The position numbers and the translations under genes are program-made. DNA of 50,671 bases from an uncultured Planctomycetia bacterium (lineage in GTDB: Bacteria > Omnitrophota > Gorgyraeia > 2-01-FULL-45-10), in NCBI GenBank assembly GCA_964433975.1, contig CAYSSS010000004.1, positions 1 to 50,671 on the forward strand. Reading direction: 5' to 3'. Below are positions 18,825 to 27,577 of this stretch, piece by piece. Under the pieces are notes generated by a model. It was not told where the DNA came from. It did not search any database and saw only the letters and a list, made by a program, of their open reading frames with translations. Within the stretch, counting starts at the first letter, position 1. Each line of letters starts with the position of its first letter.

Positions 18825-18871
18825 TCTGCCTGCCCTGTACCATATCGGTACAGGGCAGGCCGGCAGGCAGG
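18825..18871. repeat. Nested REP-like palindrome
   Basis: GCCTGCCCTGTACC-ATATC-GGTACAGGGCAGGC (perfect 14-bp stem) nested in CTGCCTGCC...GGCAGGCAG. Confidence 0.75.
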
Positions 18872-18881
18872 GAGGACTGCA

Positions 18882-19211
18882 ATGAATAAGATACTATCAG
18901 TATGTTTTGCTCTGCTTGTCATCTTCGCGTCATCCGTTCCTTTATATTGTCAGAGCGATTCTCTCGTGGACGGCATAAAGACCGTTGACGGCCATGTGGT
19001 ATCAGTGGATCTGGAGAACTCAAAAATAGTGGTCAGGTCATCCGAAGTTATGACGTTTTCAGTCCCTTCAGACGCCAATATCATCGATTCGGACGGTTTC
19101 AGTATGGAGCTGGCGGGCGTAGGCGTGGGCGATTATGTCACAGTTAGCTATCATAACGACAAATCCGGAGATCGCATAATGAACGGCATGGAGGTGGAAT
19201 ATAAGAGTTAG
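18882..19211 (+). CDS. Small exported beta-rich (OB-fold-like) hypothetical protein
   Basis: RBS GGAGGA; signal peptide MNKILSVCFALLVIFASS; GHVVSVD...GVGDYVTVSY pattern. Confidence 0.7.
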   Translation: MNKILSVCFALLVIFASSVPLYCQSDSLVDGIKTVDGHVVSVDLENSKIVVRSSEVMTFSVPSDANIIDSDGFSMELAGVGVGDYVTVSYHNDKSGDRIMNGMEVEYKS

Positions 19212-19227
19212 GCGTTATAAAGAGCCC

Positions 19228-19256
19228 TTGCCGTTACAGCTTTTATAGGGTATACT
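19228..19256 (+). promoter_or_regulatory. Sigma70-type promoter
   Basis: TTGCCG (19228-19233), 17 bp, TATACT (19251-19256). Confidence 0.7.
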
Positions 19257-19280
19257 ATTTAGCAGAGAGAGGTGATCATT

Positions 19281-19325
19281 ATGTGCGCGACATGTGGTTG
19301 CCGGAAGAAAAAACCGAAGAAATAA
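19281..19325 (+). CDS. 14-aa micropeptide MCATCGCRKKKPKK with a CxxCGC metal-binding motif
   Basis: Upstream promoter, RBS GAGGTG 6 nt before ATG, and downstream terminator-like hairpin. Too short for the supplied ORF track. Confidence 0.65.
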   Translation: MCATCGCRKKKPKK

Positions 19326-19343
19326 AAGATATAATTTTCCAGC

Positions 19344-19382
19344 GAGACGGCCGATAGATCGATCGAGAGGCCGTTTTTCTTT
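19344..19382 (+). terminator. Intrinsic terminator or attenuator after the micropeptide
   Basis: GAGACGGCC...GGCCGTTTT stem running into TTTTTCTTT. Confidence 0.6.
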
Positions 19383-19405
19383 ATGTGATCGTTTGAGGCA
19401 GACAA

Positions 19406-20200
19406 ATGCAAAAAATATTCGTGGCCTTCATCTGTATTATACTCTGCGCGTCGCCGTCTTTTTCCAAAGAAGAGATGGAGTATAAAGAATTCAAGTTTGA
19501 TGACGCCTCATGCAAAGTTGGGGTGCATTATAATAGCGCCGAAAGTGGGCTTCTTATAGGAGTTTCGGCGATAGCCACAGGTAAAGGCGCGGAGTTCAGA
19601 AAATGGGAAGTCTCCAATATAAAGGTGTATATAGACGGCCGGCGCTTTGTGCCGGATAAGGAGAGCAAGTTCTATGTTACGGAGGAGTCGTTATTCAGGG
19701 TGCCGGGCGCAATAGTATTTGCCGCGATCGGGGGTTTTGGAGAGTACGGAGGGAGCAACTTTAATAATAACCTGAGTAAGATTGGCGTCGGGCTCGGGAT
19801 GGGCCTTTTAGCGCTCCAGGCAAAGGGTGAAATAACCGGCGAGCGCTGCGTATTCAATATTCCAACGGATAAATTGGAAAAGATAGATGAGGGCCGAGGT
19901 TTCATAGAGATAACGATAGAAGATGAAGATATGCATCTTGAGGAATCTATAAAGATCGCTATCATAAAGCCTTCGGGAGAGCTGAGCGATAAGTACAATT
20001 TTTCCAATATGACCGAAAGCGGACTTTCAGGCCTCATGGATACGCTCAAGGACAGGATCGCCATGCTGGAAAAAGAGCAATCGGATTATAAATACGGGCG
20101 GGATCCGGAGTTCGACGTAATCCAGAAAAAGATAGAGAGCTGCGAGGCGCAGCGCGGCATGGCATATAAGGCGTGGTTCGAAAAGCGGGCCCAAAGATAG
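19406..20200 (+). CDS. Exported or membrane hypothetical protein
   Basis: Signal peptide, two Gly-rich hydrophobic segments and a C-terminal coiled coil; RBS GAGG. Confidence 0.75.
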   Translation: MQKIFVAFICIILCASPSFSKEEMEYKEFKFDDASCKVGVHYNSAESGLLIGVSAIATGKGAEFRKWEVSNIKVYIDGRRFVPDKESKFYVTEESLFRVPGAIVFAAIGGFGEYGGSNFNNNLSKIGVGLGMGLLALQAKGEITGERCVFNIPTDKLEKIDEGRGFIEITIEDEDMHLEESIKIAIIKPSGELSDKYNFSNMTESGLSGLMDTLKDRIAMLEKEQSDYKYGRDPEFDVIQKKIESCEAQRGMAYKAWFEKRAQR

Positions 20201-20202
20201 AT

Positions 20203-20478
20203 ATGAGCGATATGGATAAGATGGCTTACATCGAAAACCAGCGCAGGAGCTCCAAGGAGTATGAGGCCCTTTGCAGGCAGTGCGGCAAGTGCTGCGGTAT
20301 CGAAACCGATCCCTGCGCCAATCTAAAGAAAGATATATCGGGTAAGTGCTATTGCGCCGTATATGAGTCCCGCCTTGGCAGGCAGGTGACCGTATCGGGA
20401 CGCGAATTTACTTGCGTGCAAATAAGAGAAGTTGTCAAAGTCGGCCTGACCGGTATGGAGTGCGGTTATGGAAGATAA
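20203..20478 (+). CDS. CxxCxxCC cysteine-cluster protein (YkgJ-like, Zn/Fe-S chelating)
   Basis: LCRQCGKCCG...PCANL...CYCAVYESR...C. Confidence 0.75.
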   Translation: MSDMDKMAYIENQRRSSKEYEALCRQCGKCCGIETDPCANLKKDISGKCYCAVYESRLGRQVTVSGREFTCVQIREVVKVGLTGMECGYGR

Positions 20479-21076
20479 TCTACTCGATGAGAAGTTTGCC
20501 GAATGGACGAAGTCGCTTTCCGCTAAGAGTGCCAGGATATCGATATACCATCATATAAGGGATATCCCTTATATGATGGTGCCTGAGCTGAGAGATCCCA
20601 AGACCGGACCATCGGGCTTAATAAGAATGAATAGAGGATCGTGTGGCCCGAAACACTTTCTTATGGCCTTGATGATGAGCGAGCTCGGACTTCCGGTTAA
20701 GTACGTGACGTATCTATTTAACTGGAACGATCCCGCCGTAAAGTTCCCGCCCGGTCTAAAGAGGATAGTTAAGAATATGCCGATAACTGCACACCTGGCT
20801 ACAAAGATCAACATTGACGGCAGGTGGACCCTTGTGGACGCCACATACGATCTTCCCTTAAAGAAGGCCGGATTCCCCGTGAACGAATCATGGGATGGTC
20901 TCAGCGATACAAAGAATGCCGTGATCCCCATGGAAGAGGTGGTCCATGACTCATTGCAGGAGAGGCTCTCTTTTGCGGGTAAGAGGGTAGGCGAGTATAC
21001 AGATAAAGAGAGAAGGGCATACGCGGAATTTACAAAAAAATTGAATTACTGGCTCGACGAGTTGAGAAGAAGATGA
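20468..21076 (+). CDS. Transglutaminase-like (papain-fold) protein
   Basis: GSCGPKH, AHL and GRWTLVDAT give a Cys-His-Asp triad. Confidence 0.7.
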   Translation: MEDNLLDEKFAEWTKSLSAKSARISIYHHIRDIPYMMVPELRDPKTGPSGLIRMNRGSCGPKHFLMALMMSELGLPVKYVTYLFNWNDPAVKFPPGLKRIVKNMPITAHLATKINIDGRWTLVDATYDLPLKKAGFPVNESWDGLSDTKNAVIPMEEVVHDSLQERLSFAGKRVGEYTDKERRAYAEFTKKLNYWLDELRRR

Positions 21077-21498
21077 ATAAAATAAAGCTCCTGCTCTCGT
21101 ATCTGACCGGTCACAAAAGACAGGTCACCGCCGCTGTGATCGAGAAGGACGGCAAGATCCTGATAGCCCAAAGGCGAAAGGGGCGTACTCTCGGCGGGAG
21201 ATGGGAATTTCCCGGGGGAAAGATCGAGCCAGGCGAGACGGCCGAAGCGTGTTTAAAAAGGGAGATTAAAGAAGAGTTTGGAATAGAGTCCGAAATAGGA
21301 AAGTTTATTATAGCTAGCCGTTTCACGTACTGCCTGGTGCCGATCGAATTGCTCGCCTACAGGGTAAGGCATCTTTCCGGAGAATTCAAGGCCAACGAGC
21401 ACGACCAGATCCGATGGGTCAGCCCATCCGAACTTGGCTCATACGACTTCATGAGCGCCGACCTGCCAATCGTCAAATTACTACTGAAAAATTCCTGA
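21073..21498 (+). CDS. MutT/NudG-family NUDIX hydrolase
   Basis: WEFPGGKIEPGETAEACLKREIKEEFGI is a Nudix box. Confidence 0.92.
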   Translation: MNKIKLLLSYLTGHKRQVTAAVIEKDGKILIAQRRKGRTLGGRWEFPGGKIEPGETAEACLKREIKEEFGIESEIGKFIIASRFTYCLVPIELLAYRVRHLSGEFKANEHDQIRWVSPSELGSYDFMSADLPIVKLLLKNS

Positions 21499-21501
21499 TT
21501 T

Positions 21502-21558
21502 TCGCCTGCCATTAGTAGAAGGCGGGCACCGTAAGTTCCCGCCCAAGGGCGCGGGCGA
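21502..21558. repeat. GC-rich palindromic (REP-like) intergenic element
   Basis: GCCTGCC/GGCGGGC and TCGCCTGC/GCGGGCGA inverted repeats. Confidence 0.45.
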
Positions 21559-21592
21559 TCCTTTGGGTTTTATAATAGGCTATATTTTTTGG

Positions 21593-21621
21593 TTGCTATT
21601 TGGGCCGATATATGCTATTTT
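21593..21621 (+). promoter_or_regulatory. Possible sigma70 promoter for the yggS operon
   Basis: TTGCTA, 17 bp, TATTTT, with an extended -10 TG at 21613-21614. Confidence 0.45.
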
Positions 21622-21641
21622 ATCTCGTTGCAAATAGCCCT

Positions 21642-22313
21642 ATGATCTCCGAGAATCTAAAAGCTGTAACACAAAGAATATCAAGGAGTTGCGAGAAATC
21701 CGGTAGGCCGGCGGATAGCGTAAAACTTGTATGTGTCACCAAAGGGGTGGGCCTTCCGGAAATTGAAGAGGTTTTGGCCTTAGGCATTAAGGATATCGGC
21801 GAGAACAGGGTGCAGGATGCCCTGGTTAAATACAAGGCTATAGGCGACAAGGCCGTCTGGCATATTATAGGGCACTTGCAGACGAATAAGGTCAGGGATG
21901 CTGTCGGGATATCTTCGCTGATACACTCGGTGGAGAGCTTTCGTTTGGCAGCGGCTATAGACAGGGAAGCTAAGAGATTAGACAAGGTCCAGGATATACT
22001 CGTACAGGTAAATACGTCTGGTGAAGAGAGTAAATTCGGGATATCCGAACATGAAGCCGGACCTTTTTTTGAAAAAGCCGCATCGTATTCTAATATAAAT
22101 ATATTAGGTCTAATGACCATGGCGCCTGAAGTAGTGGACCCGGAAGAGGCAAGGCCGTGTTTTTGCAGGCTTCGCCGGCTGCGCGACGAACTGCAAAAAT
22201 TGAAGCTATCAACTGTTAAGTATAAATTATCAATGGGCATGACCAACGATTTTGAAGTAGCGATAGAGGAAGGCTCGGACATGGTGAGAGTGGGAAGGGC
22301 GATATTCAAATGA
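21642..22313 (+). CDS. yggS: PLP homeostasis protein YggS
   Basis: VCVTK, GENRVQD, WHIIGHLQTNK, EESKFG, GLMTM, LSMGMTNDFEVAIEEGSDMVRVG. Confidence 0.97.
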   Translation: MISENLKAVTQRISRSCEKSGRPADSVKLVCVTKGVGLPEIEEVLALGIKDIGENRVQDALVKYKAIGDKAVWHIIGHLQTNKVRDAVGISSLIHSVESFRLAAAIDREAKRLDKVQDILVQVNTSGEESKFGISEHEAGPFFEKAASYSNINILGLMTMAPEVVDPEEARPCFCRLRRLRDELQKLKLSTVKYKLSMGMTNDFEVAIEEGSDMVRVGRAIFK

Positions 22314-23122
22314 TCGATAAAAAGATCGGAATAATTGGCTGTGGAAATATGGGCGAAGCCATTCTTAACCGCCTTTCGAACGTTCTTGAAAAGAGCACGT
22401 CGATAATGGTCAGTGAGTTCGACGCCAGCCGGAGGGACTACATCCAATCAAAATATAAGGTCATAGTAGGGGTAGACAATAACGAGGTCGTTAAATTCGC
22501 CGATGTTATAATATTGGCCGTGAAACCCAGGGACCTCGAAGCGATCTTAAAGAGCGAAGTCTGCTGCGGCGCTTCAAAGGAGAAGCTCCTGATATCTATA
22601 GCCGCCGGAATTACAACCGGATATATAGAAAGCATAGTCGGTAAAGACGTTCCCGTCATAAGGGTTATGCCAAATATGGCCGCTGCGATAGGAGAGTCAG
22701 TATCCAGCATATCTGCCGGGAGCTCCGTTAATCCCAAAGATATGGCGCTTGCCAAAGAGATATTCTTAGCGATAGGTGATGTAGTGGAGGTCGATGAGAA
22801 GCTGGTAGATACAGTGACCGCTATAAGCGGAAGCGGTCCGGCGTACTTCTTCTACGTGATAGAGGCGCTGATCGAAGCCGGATGCGCCGAAGGACTTAAA
22901 GAAGATGTTGCCAAAAAACTCGCAGTTAAGACGGCGCTCGGAAGCGCGAAGTTGTTGGAAGCGCTGAAAGAGGATCCCGCCGCATTGAGGGCAAAGGTGA
23001 CATCCAAAGGCGGCACCACCGCGGCCGCTATCGAAGTCTTTGAATCGAAAAAAATCAAGAGTATAATAAAAGAGGCCGTGAGTGCGGCAAGAACGCGTTC
23101 AAAAGAAATCCAGAAGAGGTGA
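22310..23122 (+). CDS. proC: Pyrroline-5-carboxylate reductase
   Basis: IGCGNMG, LAVKP, SIAAG, RVMPN, SGSGPAY, VTSKGGTT. Confidence 0.97.
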   Translation: MIDKKIGIIGCGNMGEAILNRLSNVLEKSTSIMVSEFDASRRDYIQSKYKVIVGVDNNEVVKFADVIILAVKPRDLEAILKSEVCCGASKEKLLISIAAGITTGYIESIVGKDVPVIRVMPNMAAAIGESVSSISAGSSVNPKDMALAKEIFLAIGDVVEVDEKLVDTVTAISGSGPAYFFYVIEALIEAGCAEGLKEDVAKKLAVKTALGSAKLLEALKEDPAALRAKVTSKGGTTAAAIEVFESKKIKSIIKEAVSAARTRSKEIQKR

Positions 23123-23124
23123 TC

Positions 23125-23424
23125 ATGTTCGTATTCGGAAATCTCATAGCGGCGCTGGCGACGGTATTGAACTACGTTCTGACAATAGCCAGTTGGCTCA
23201 TAATAATCAGGGCGTTGTTAAGCTGGGTAAATCCGGATCCGTATAACGTTATAGTGCAGTTCCTTTACAAAGTGACGGAGCCGTTACTGGCGCCGTTCAG
23301 GAGGCTGGTACCGGCGTATTCCATAGGAATAGATATATCAGTCATATTCGCGCTCTTGGCGATATGGTTTTTGAAGCTCTTCCTGGTAAGGACGCTTTAC
23401 GGTATAGCGATAAGGATGGGATAG
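23125..23424 (+). CDS. yggT: YggT family membrane protein
   Basis: IRALLSWVNPDPYN, TEPLLAPFRR, IDIS. Confidence 0.93.
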   Translation: MFVFGNLIAALATVLNYVLTIASWLIIIRALLSWVNPDPYNVIVQFLYKVTEPLLAPFRRLVPAYSIGIDISVIFALLAIWFLKLFLVRTLYGIAIRMG

Positions 23425-23499
23425 TACGAAGTTATCCACAATGTAGCCGACGCTTAACTGCCGGCAGGCAGAAAGACAGGCTACCGGAAGGGGTTTGTG

Positions 23500-24369
23500 A
23501 TGGCAGGCAGGATAGGCATAATAGGCGGAAGCGGTTTTTATAATATCGACGGGATAAAAGACGTGAAACCGGTAAAGGTGACTACGCCCTTCGGTGATCC
23601 TTCGAGCGAATATGTGACCGGCGTGCTTGAAGGCGTCGAGGTCGTCTTCCTGGCCCGACACGATAAAGGGCACAGGATCCTGCCGAGCGAAATTAATTAT
23701 CGCGCGAATATTTACGGCATGAAGAAGCTGGGTGTCGAGCGCATCATATCGGTCTCGGCGTGCGGCAGCTTAAAAGAGGAGCTCAAGCCTCTCGACATAG
23801 TAGTGCCTTACCAGTTTGTGGACAGGACGAATTACGGGCGCGAAATGACATTCTTCGGGAACGGCATAGTCGCTCATATCCAGTTCGCTGATCCGGTATG
23901 CCCGCATCTGTCGAAAGAGCTTTACGCCGCAGGGGTAAAGGCAGGGGCGTCGATGCATCTGGGCGGCATATACATAAATATGGAGGGCCCTCAGTTCTCC
24001 ACCAAAGCGGAATCCTATCTTTACAGATCATGGGGTATGGATATAATCGGCATGACGAATCTTGCCGAGGCGAAACTTGCCAGGGAAGCCGAGATATGTT
24101 ATGCGACCCTGGCGTGCATTACGGATTATGACTGCTGGCACATGGATCAGGTCGTCGAAAGCGTATCGCTGGATATGATAATTCAGAACCTGCTTAAGAA
24201 TGTCGATGTCTCAAAGAGGATAGTGAAATCGGTGCTGCCGAAATTATCAAAAGAGAGGGACTGTGTCTGTGCGTGCGCTCTCAAAGATTCCATAGTCACA
24301 AGACCCGAAGCCATTCCGGCAAAGAAGAAGAGAGAGCTGGAGCTGATAATAGGAAAGTACGTAAAATAA
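23500..24369 (+). CDS. mtnP: S-methyl-5'-thioadenosine phosphorylase
   Basis: IGIIGGSG, TPFG, LARH, NYRANI, EGPQFSTKAES, IGMT, TDYDCW. Confidence 0.95.
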   Translation: MAGRIGIIGGSGFYNIDGIKDVKPVKVTTPFGDPSSEYVTGVLEGVEVVFLARHDKGHRILPSEINYRANIYGMKKLGVERIISVSACGSLKEELKPLDIVVPYQFVDRTNYGREMTFFGNGIVAHIQFADPVCPHLSKELYAAGVKAGASMHLGGIYINMEGPQFSTKAESYLYRSWGMDIIGMTNLAEAKLAREAEICYATLACITDYDCWHMDQVVESVSLDMIIQNLLKNVDVSKRIVKSVLPKLSKERDCVCACALKDSIVTRPEAIPAKKKRELELIIGKYVK

Positions 24370-24370
24370 G

Positions 24371-27091
24371 ATGGACTATAAGCAGACATTAAATCTACCG
24401 AAGACCGATTTTCCCATGAGGGCCGACCTGCCCAACAGGGAGCCGAAGTTTATCAGGCATTGGCAGGAGATAGACCTTGCCGGCAAGATCCGCAGGCTTT
24501 ACAAAGGAAGAGAGAAGTTTATCCTGCACGACGGCCCGCCCTACGCCAACGGCAATATACATATGGGACATGCGCTGAACAAGATCCTGAAGGATATAGT
24601 AATACGTTACAAGACGATGCGCGGATACGATTCACCTTATGTGCCGGGATGGGATTGTCACGGCTTGCCGGTAGAGCATCAGCTCTTCAAAGAATTGAAG
24701 ATGACCAAATACGAGATCGACCAGGTTCAGTTCAGGAAGAAGGCCTACGATTACGCGATGAAATATGTGGATATTCAGCGCGAGCAGTTCAAGCGCCTTG
24801 GAATAATGGGCGAGTGGGCCACTCCGTATCTGACGTTATCGAAGGATTACGAAGCGTCTATAATCAGATCTTTCGGCAAGCTCGTGGAGAAGGGCTACAT
24901 TTACAAGGATCTTAAACCTGTCAATTGGTGCGCGACCTGCGAAACCGCCCTCGCGGAAGCGGAGGTTGAGTACATGGATAAGGCGTCGCCATCCGTTTAT
25001 GTAAAGTTCAAATTAGGAGATAGCACATCGTTCGTTATATGGACGACAACGCCATGGACGCTGCTTGCCAATGTCGCGATAGCCGTCCACCCGGATGCGG
25101 ATTATGTGTATGTAACCGGTAAAAACGACGAAGTTTATATAATGGCAAAGATGCTGGTAGATGCCGCCATGGAAAAGATAGGGATAAAGGGGTACAAGAT
25201 CCTTAAGACCGTTAAGGGCAGAGCCCTTGAGGGGCTAGAGACGAAACATCCTTTTATCGATAGAGTTTCAAAGGTGGTATTGGCCCCCTACGTGTCGATG
25301 GAGGACGGGACGGGGTGCGTTCATACCGCTCCGGGCCACGGCCAGGAGGATTACATTACCGGTAAAAGATATAAGCTCCAGACATTGATGCCGGTTGACT
25401 CCAGCGGTAAATTTGATAATACCTGCGGCGAGTTCAGCGGCCAGCATGTCATAAAGGCGAACAAAGAGATATTGGGTAAACTGAAGTCTCTAGACCGTTT
25501 ATTGCACGAAGAAGAGGTGACCCACTCATATCCGCACTGCTGGAGGTGCAAGAAGCCCATAATATTCAGGGCCACGGACCAGTACTTTTTGAAGATAGAT
25601 CACAAAGACCTGCGCAAGGAGATGCTGGAGACGATATCATCCAGGGTCAGGTGGATACCTGAAGTAGGTCTGTCGAGAATATCCGCTATGGTAGCCAACA
25701 GGCCGGACTGGTGCCTGTCGCGCCAGAGATATTGGGGCGTTCCCATAATAGCCTTCTACTGCAAAGACTGTAAGGAAGTCCTGCTCGATGCCAAGGTTAT
25801 AGACCATGTTGCAAAGATCGTTGAGGTCGAAGGTGCCGATGCGTGGTTTATCAGGGAAGAGAAGCTTCTTATGCCGGCCGGGACAAAGTGCGGCAAGTGC
25901 GGATCCGGTAATTTCAAAAAAGAGACCGATATCATAGACGTCTGGTTCGACTCGGGCGTAAGCCATCAGGCGGTACTGAAGAAGAGAGAGATGCTCGATT
26001 ATCCATGCGAACTTTATCTTGAAGGTTCCGATCAGCACCGGGGATGGTTCCAGTCGGCTCTCATAACCGCGATGGCTATAGACCAAAAAGCGCCGTATAA
26101 ACAGGTGCTTACTCACGGCTTTGTGGTTGACGGCGAGGGAAAGAAGATGTCCAAGTCGTTGGGCAACGTAATAACTCCCGAAGAGGTCATGAAGAAGTAC
26201 GGAGCGGATATATTGAGGTTGTGGGTGGCATCGAGCGATTATTCGGAAGATGTCAGGCTCTCAGGTGAGATATTGACCAGGCTTGCGGATGCCTACAGGA
26301 AGATAAGAAATACATACAAGTACCTCTTGAGTAATCTGTACGACTTTGATCCCGAGCATGACAGGGTCGCCTATAAGGATATGCCGGAATTTGACAGGTG
26401 GATACTTCACAAGCTCGCTCTATTGTTAAAAGAGACGACCATGAACTACGAAACGTACTCTTTCCACAAGGTATACAGAGATGTCTATAACTTCTGTGTC
26501 ACCGAGGTCTCATCGATCTATCTGGATGTTATGAAGGACAAGATGTACACGTTCGCGAAGAGATCTATCGAGCGCAGGTCCGGGCAGACGGCGATGTTCG
26601 AGGTGCTCGGCGCCCTCCTTAAGATTATGGCCCCGCTCTTGGCCGTCACTGTCGATGAAGCGTGGGGATATATTAACTCAAAGATAAAAAGCGAATCGGT
26701 GCATCTTGAATCATGGCCGAGCGATACGGTATACAACGGCTGGGTAGACGAGAGCCTGGATAAGAAATGGAGTATTCTGGTTCATATGAGGGAAGAGGTA
26801 CTCAAAAAGCTGGAAGAGAAGCGATCGGCCGGCGAGATTGGCTCGGGCCTCGAAGCCTCCGTTACTATAACTACAAACGACCTTGAGGTCAAAAAGGTAT
26901 TGAATGAGAAAAAAGACTTCTTAAGATATCTCTTCATAGTTTCAAATGTCGAGTTGAGGGACGGTGAAGAAGCCGTCTCCATAGAGAAGGCCAAAGGTGA
27001 CAAATGTTCCAGGTGCTGGAACTACAGTCCAAAGGTTGGTTCGTATAAGGATCATCCTGCCCTTTGCGAAAGATGCGTTAGTAATATCTAA
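24371..27091 (+). CDS. ileS: Isoleucyl-tRNA synthetase (type 1)
   Basis: LHDGPPYANGNIHMGH, WTTTPWT, GTGCVHTAP, WCLSRQRYWG, EGSDQHRGWF, KMSKS and a C-terminal Zn finger. Confidence 0.98.
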   Translation: MDYKQTLNLPKTDFPMRADLPNREPKFIRHWQEIDLAGKIRRLYKGREKFILHDGPPYANGNIHMGHALNKILKDIVIRYKTMRGYDSPYVPGWDCHGLPVEHQLFKELKMTKYEIDQVQFRKKAYDYAMKYVDIQREQFKRLGIMGEWATPYLTLSKDYEASIIRSFGKLVEKGYIYKDLKPVNWCATCETALAEAEVEYMDKASPSVYVKFKLGDSTSFVIWTTTPWTLLANVAIAVHPDADYVYVTGKNDEVYIMAKMLVDAAMEKIGIKGYKILKTVKGRALEGLETKHPFIDRVSKVVLAPYVSMEDGTGCVHTAPGHGQEDYITGKRYKLQTLMPVDSSGKFDNTCGEFSGQHVIKANKEILGKLKSLDRLLHEEEVTHSYPHCWRCKKPIIFRATDQYFLKIDHKDLRKEMLETISSRVRWIPEVGLSRISAMVANRPDWCLSRQRYWGVPIIAFYCKDCKEVLLDAKVIDHVAKIVEVEGADAWFIREEKLLMPAGTKCGKCGSGNFKKETDIIDVWFDSGVSHQAVLKKREMLDYPCELYLEGSDQHRGWFQSALITAMAIDQKAPYKQVLTHGFVVDGEGKKMSKSLGNVITPEEVMKKYGADILRLWVASSDYSEDVRLSGEILTRLADAYRKIRNTYKYLLSNLYDFDPEHDRVAYKDMPEFDRWILHKLALLLKETTMNYETYSFHKVYRDVYNFCVTEVSSIYLDVMKDKMYTFAKRSIERRSGQTAMFEVLGALLKIMAPLLAVTVDEAWGYINSKIKSESVHLESWPSDTVYNGWVDESLDKKWSILVHMREEVLKKLEEKRSAGEIGSGLEASVTITTNDLEVKKVLNEKKDFLRYLFIVSNVELRDGEEAVSIEKAKGDKCSRCWNYSPKVGSYKDHPALCERCVSNI

Positions 27092-27100
27092 AAAAGGAGA

Positions 27101-27577
27101 GTGCTTCATATGAAAAAAGTAAAAAGAGCGGCGAAGAGGAAAGCTGTAAAAAGAGCAAAGTCTGTTAAAGCGCGGGCTATGCCTGGGAAGAAGAAGGTTA
27201 AGAGGATGCCTAAGAAAACCCTCAATAAGTACAAGGCGCTTTTGGTAAAAGAGCGCGAGAAGATAGGCGGCGGCATCAACCATATAACTCAGGATGCTCT
27301 TAAGACGTCGCAGAGAGAGGCCTCAGGAGACCTTTCCGGATACTCGTTCCATATGGCGGACGTAGCAAGCGACAATTACGAAGTCGAGTTCTCGCTCGGC
27401 AGGGCCAGTGACGAACAAAATATCCTGTATACGATAGATGAGGCGCTGAAGAGGGTAGAGGATGGCTCCTACGGAAACTGTACCCAGTGCGGTAAGCAGA
27501 TACCCAAGAAACGTCTAAATGCGCTGCCTCATACGGAACTCTGCATAACATGCCAGTCCAAGAACGAAAGCAAGTGA
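27101..27577 (+). CDS. DksA/TraR C4 zinc-finger protein with Lys-rich N-terminus
   Basis: HMADVAS at the coiled-coil tip; YGNCTQCGKQIPKKRLNALPHTELCITC. RBS AAGGAG before GTG 27101 (alternative ATG 27110). Confidence 0.9.
   Translation: MLHMKKVKRAAKRKAVKRAKSVKARAMPGKKKVKRMPKKTLNKYKALLVKEREKIGGGINHITQDALKTSQREASGDLSGYSFHMADVASDNYEVEFSLGRASDEQNILYTIDEALKRVEDGSYGNCTQCGKQIPKKRLNALPHTELCITCQSKNESK

Noticed and set aside
19294-19485. 63-aa ORF overlapping the micropeptide
   Set aside because: No RBS at suitable spacing, it crosses the terminator-like hairpin, and it overlaps the next gene out of frame.
21620-22447. 275-aa antisense ORF and the many other minus-strand ORFs
   Set aside because: Shadows of well-supported + strand genes, without motifs or start signals.
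23432-23440. Replication origin
   Set aside because: Only one DnaA box, with no box cluster, unwinding element or dnaA gene.
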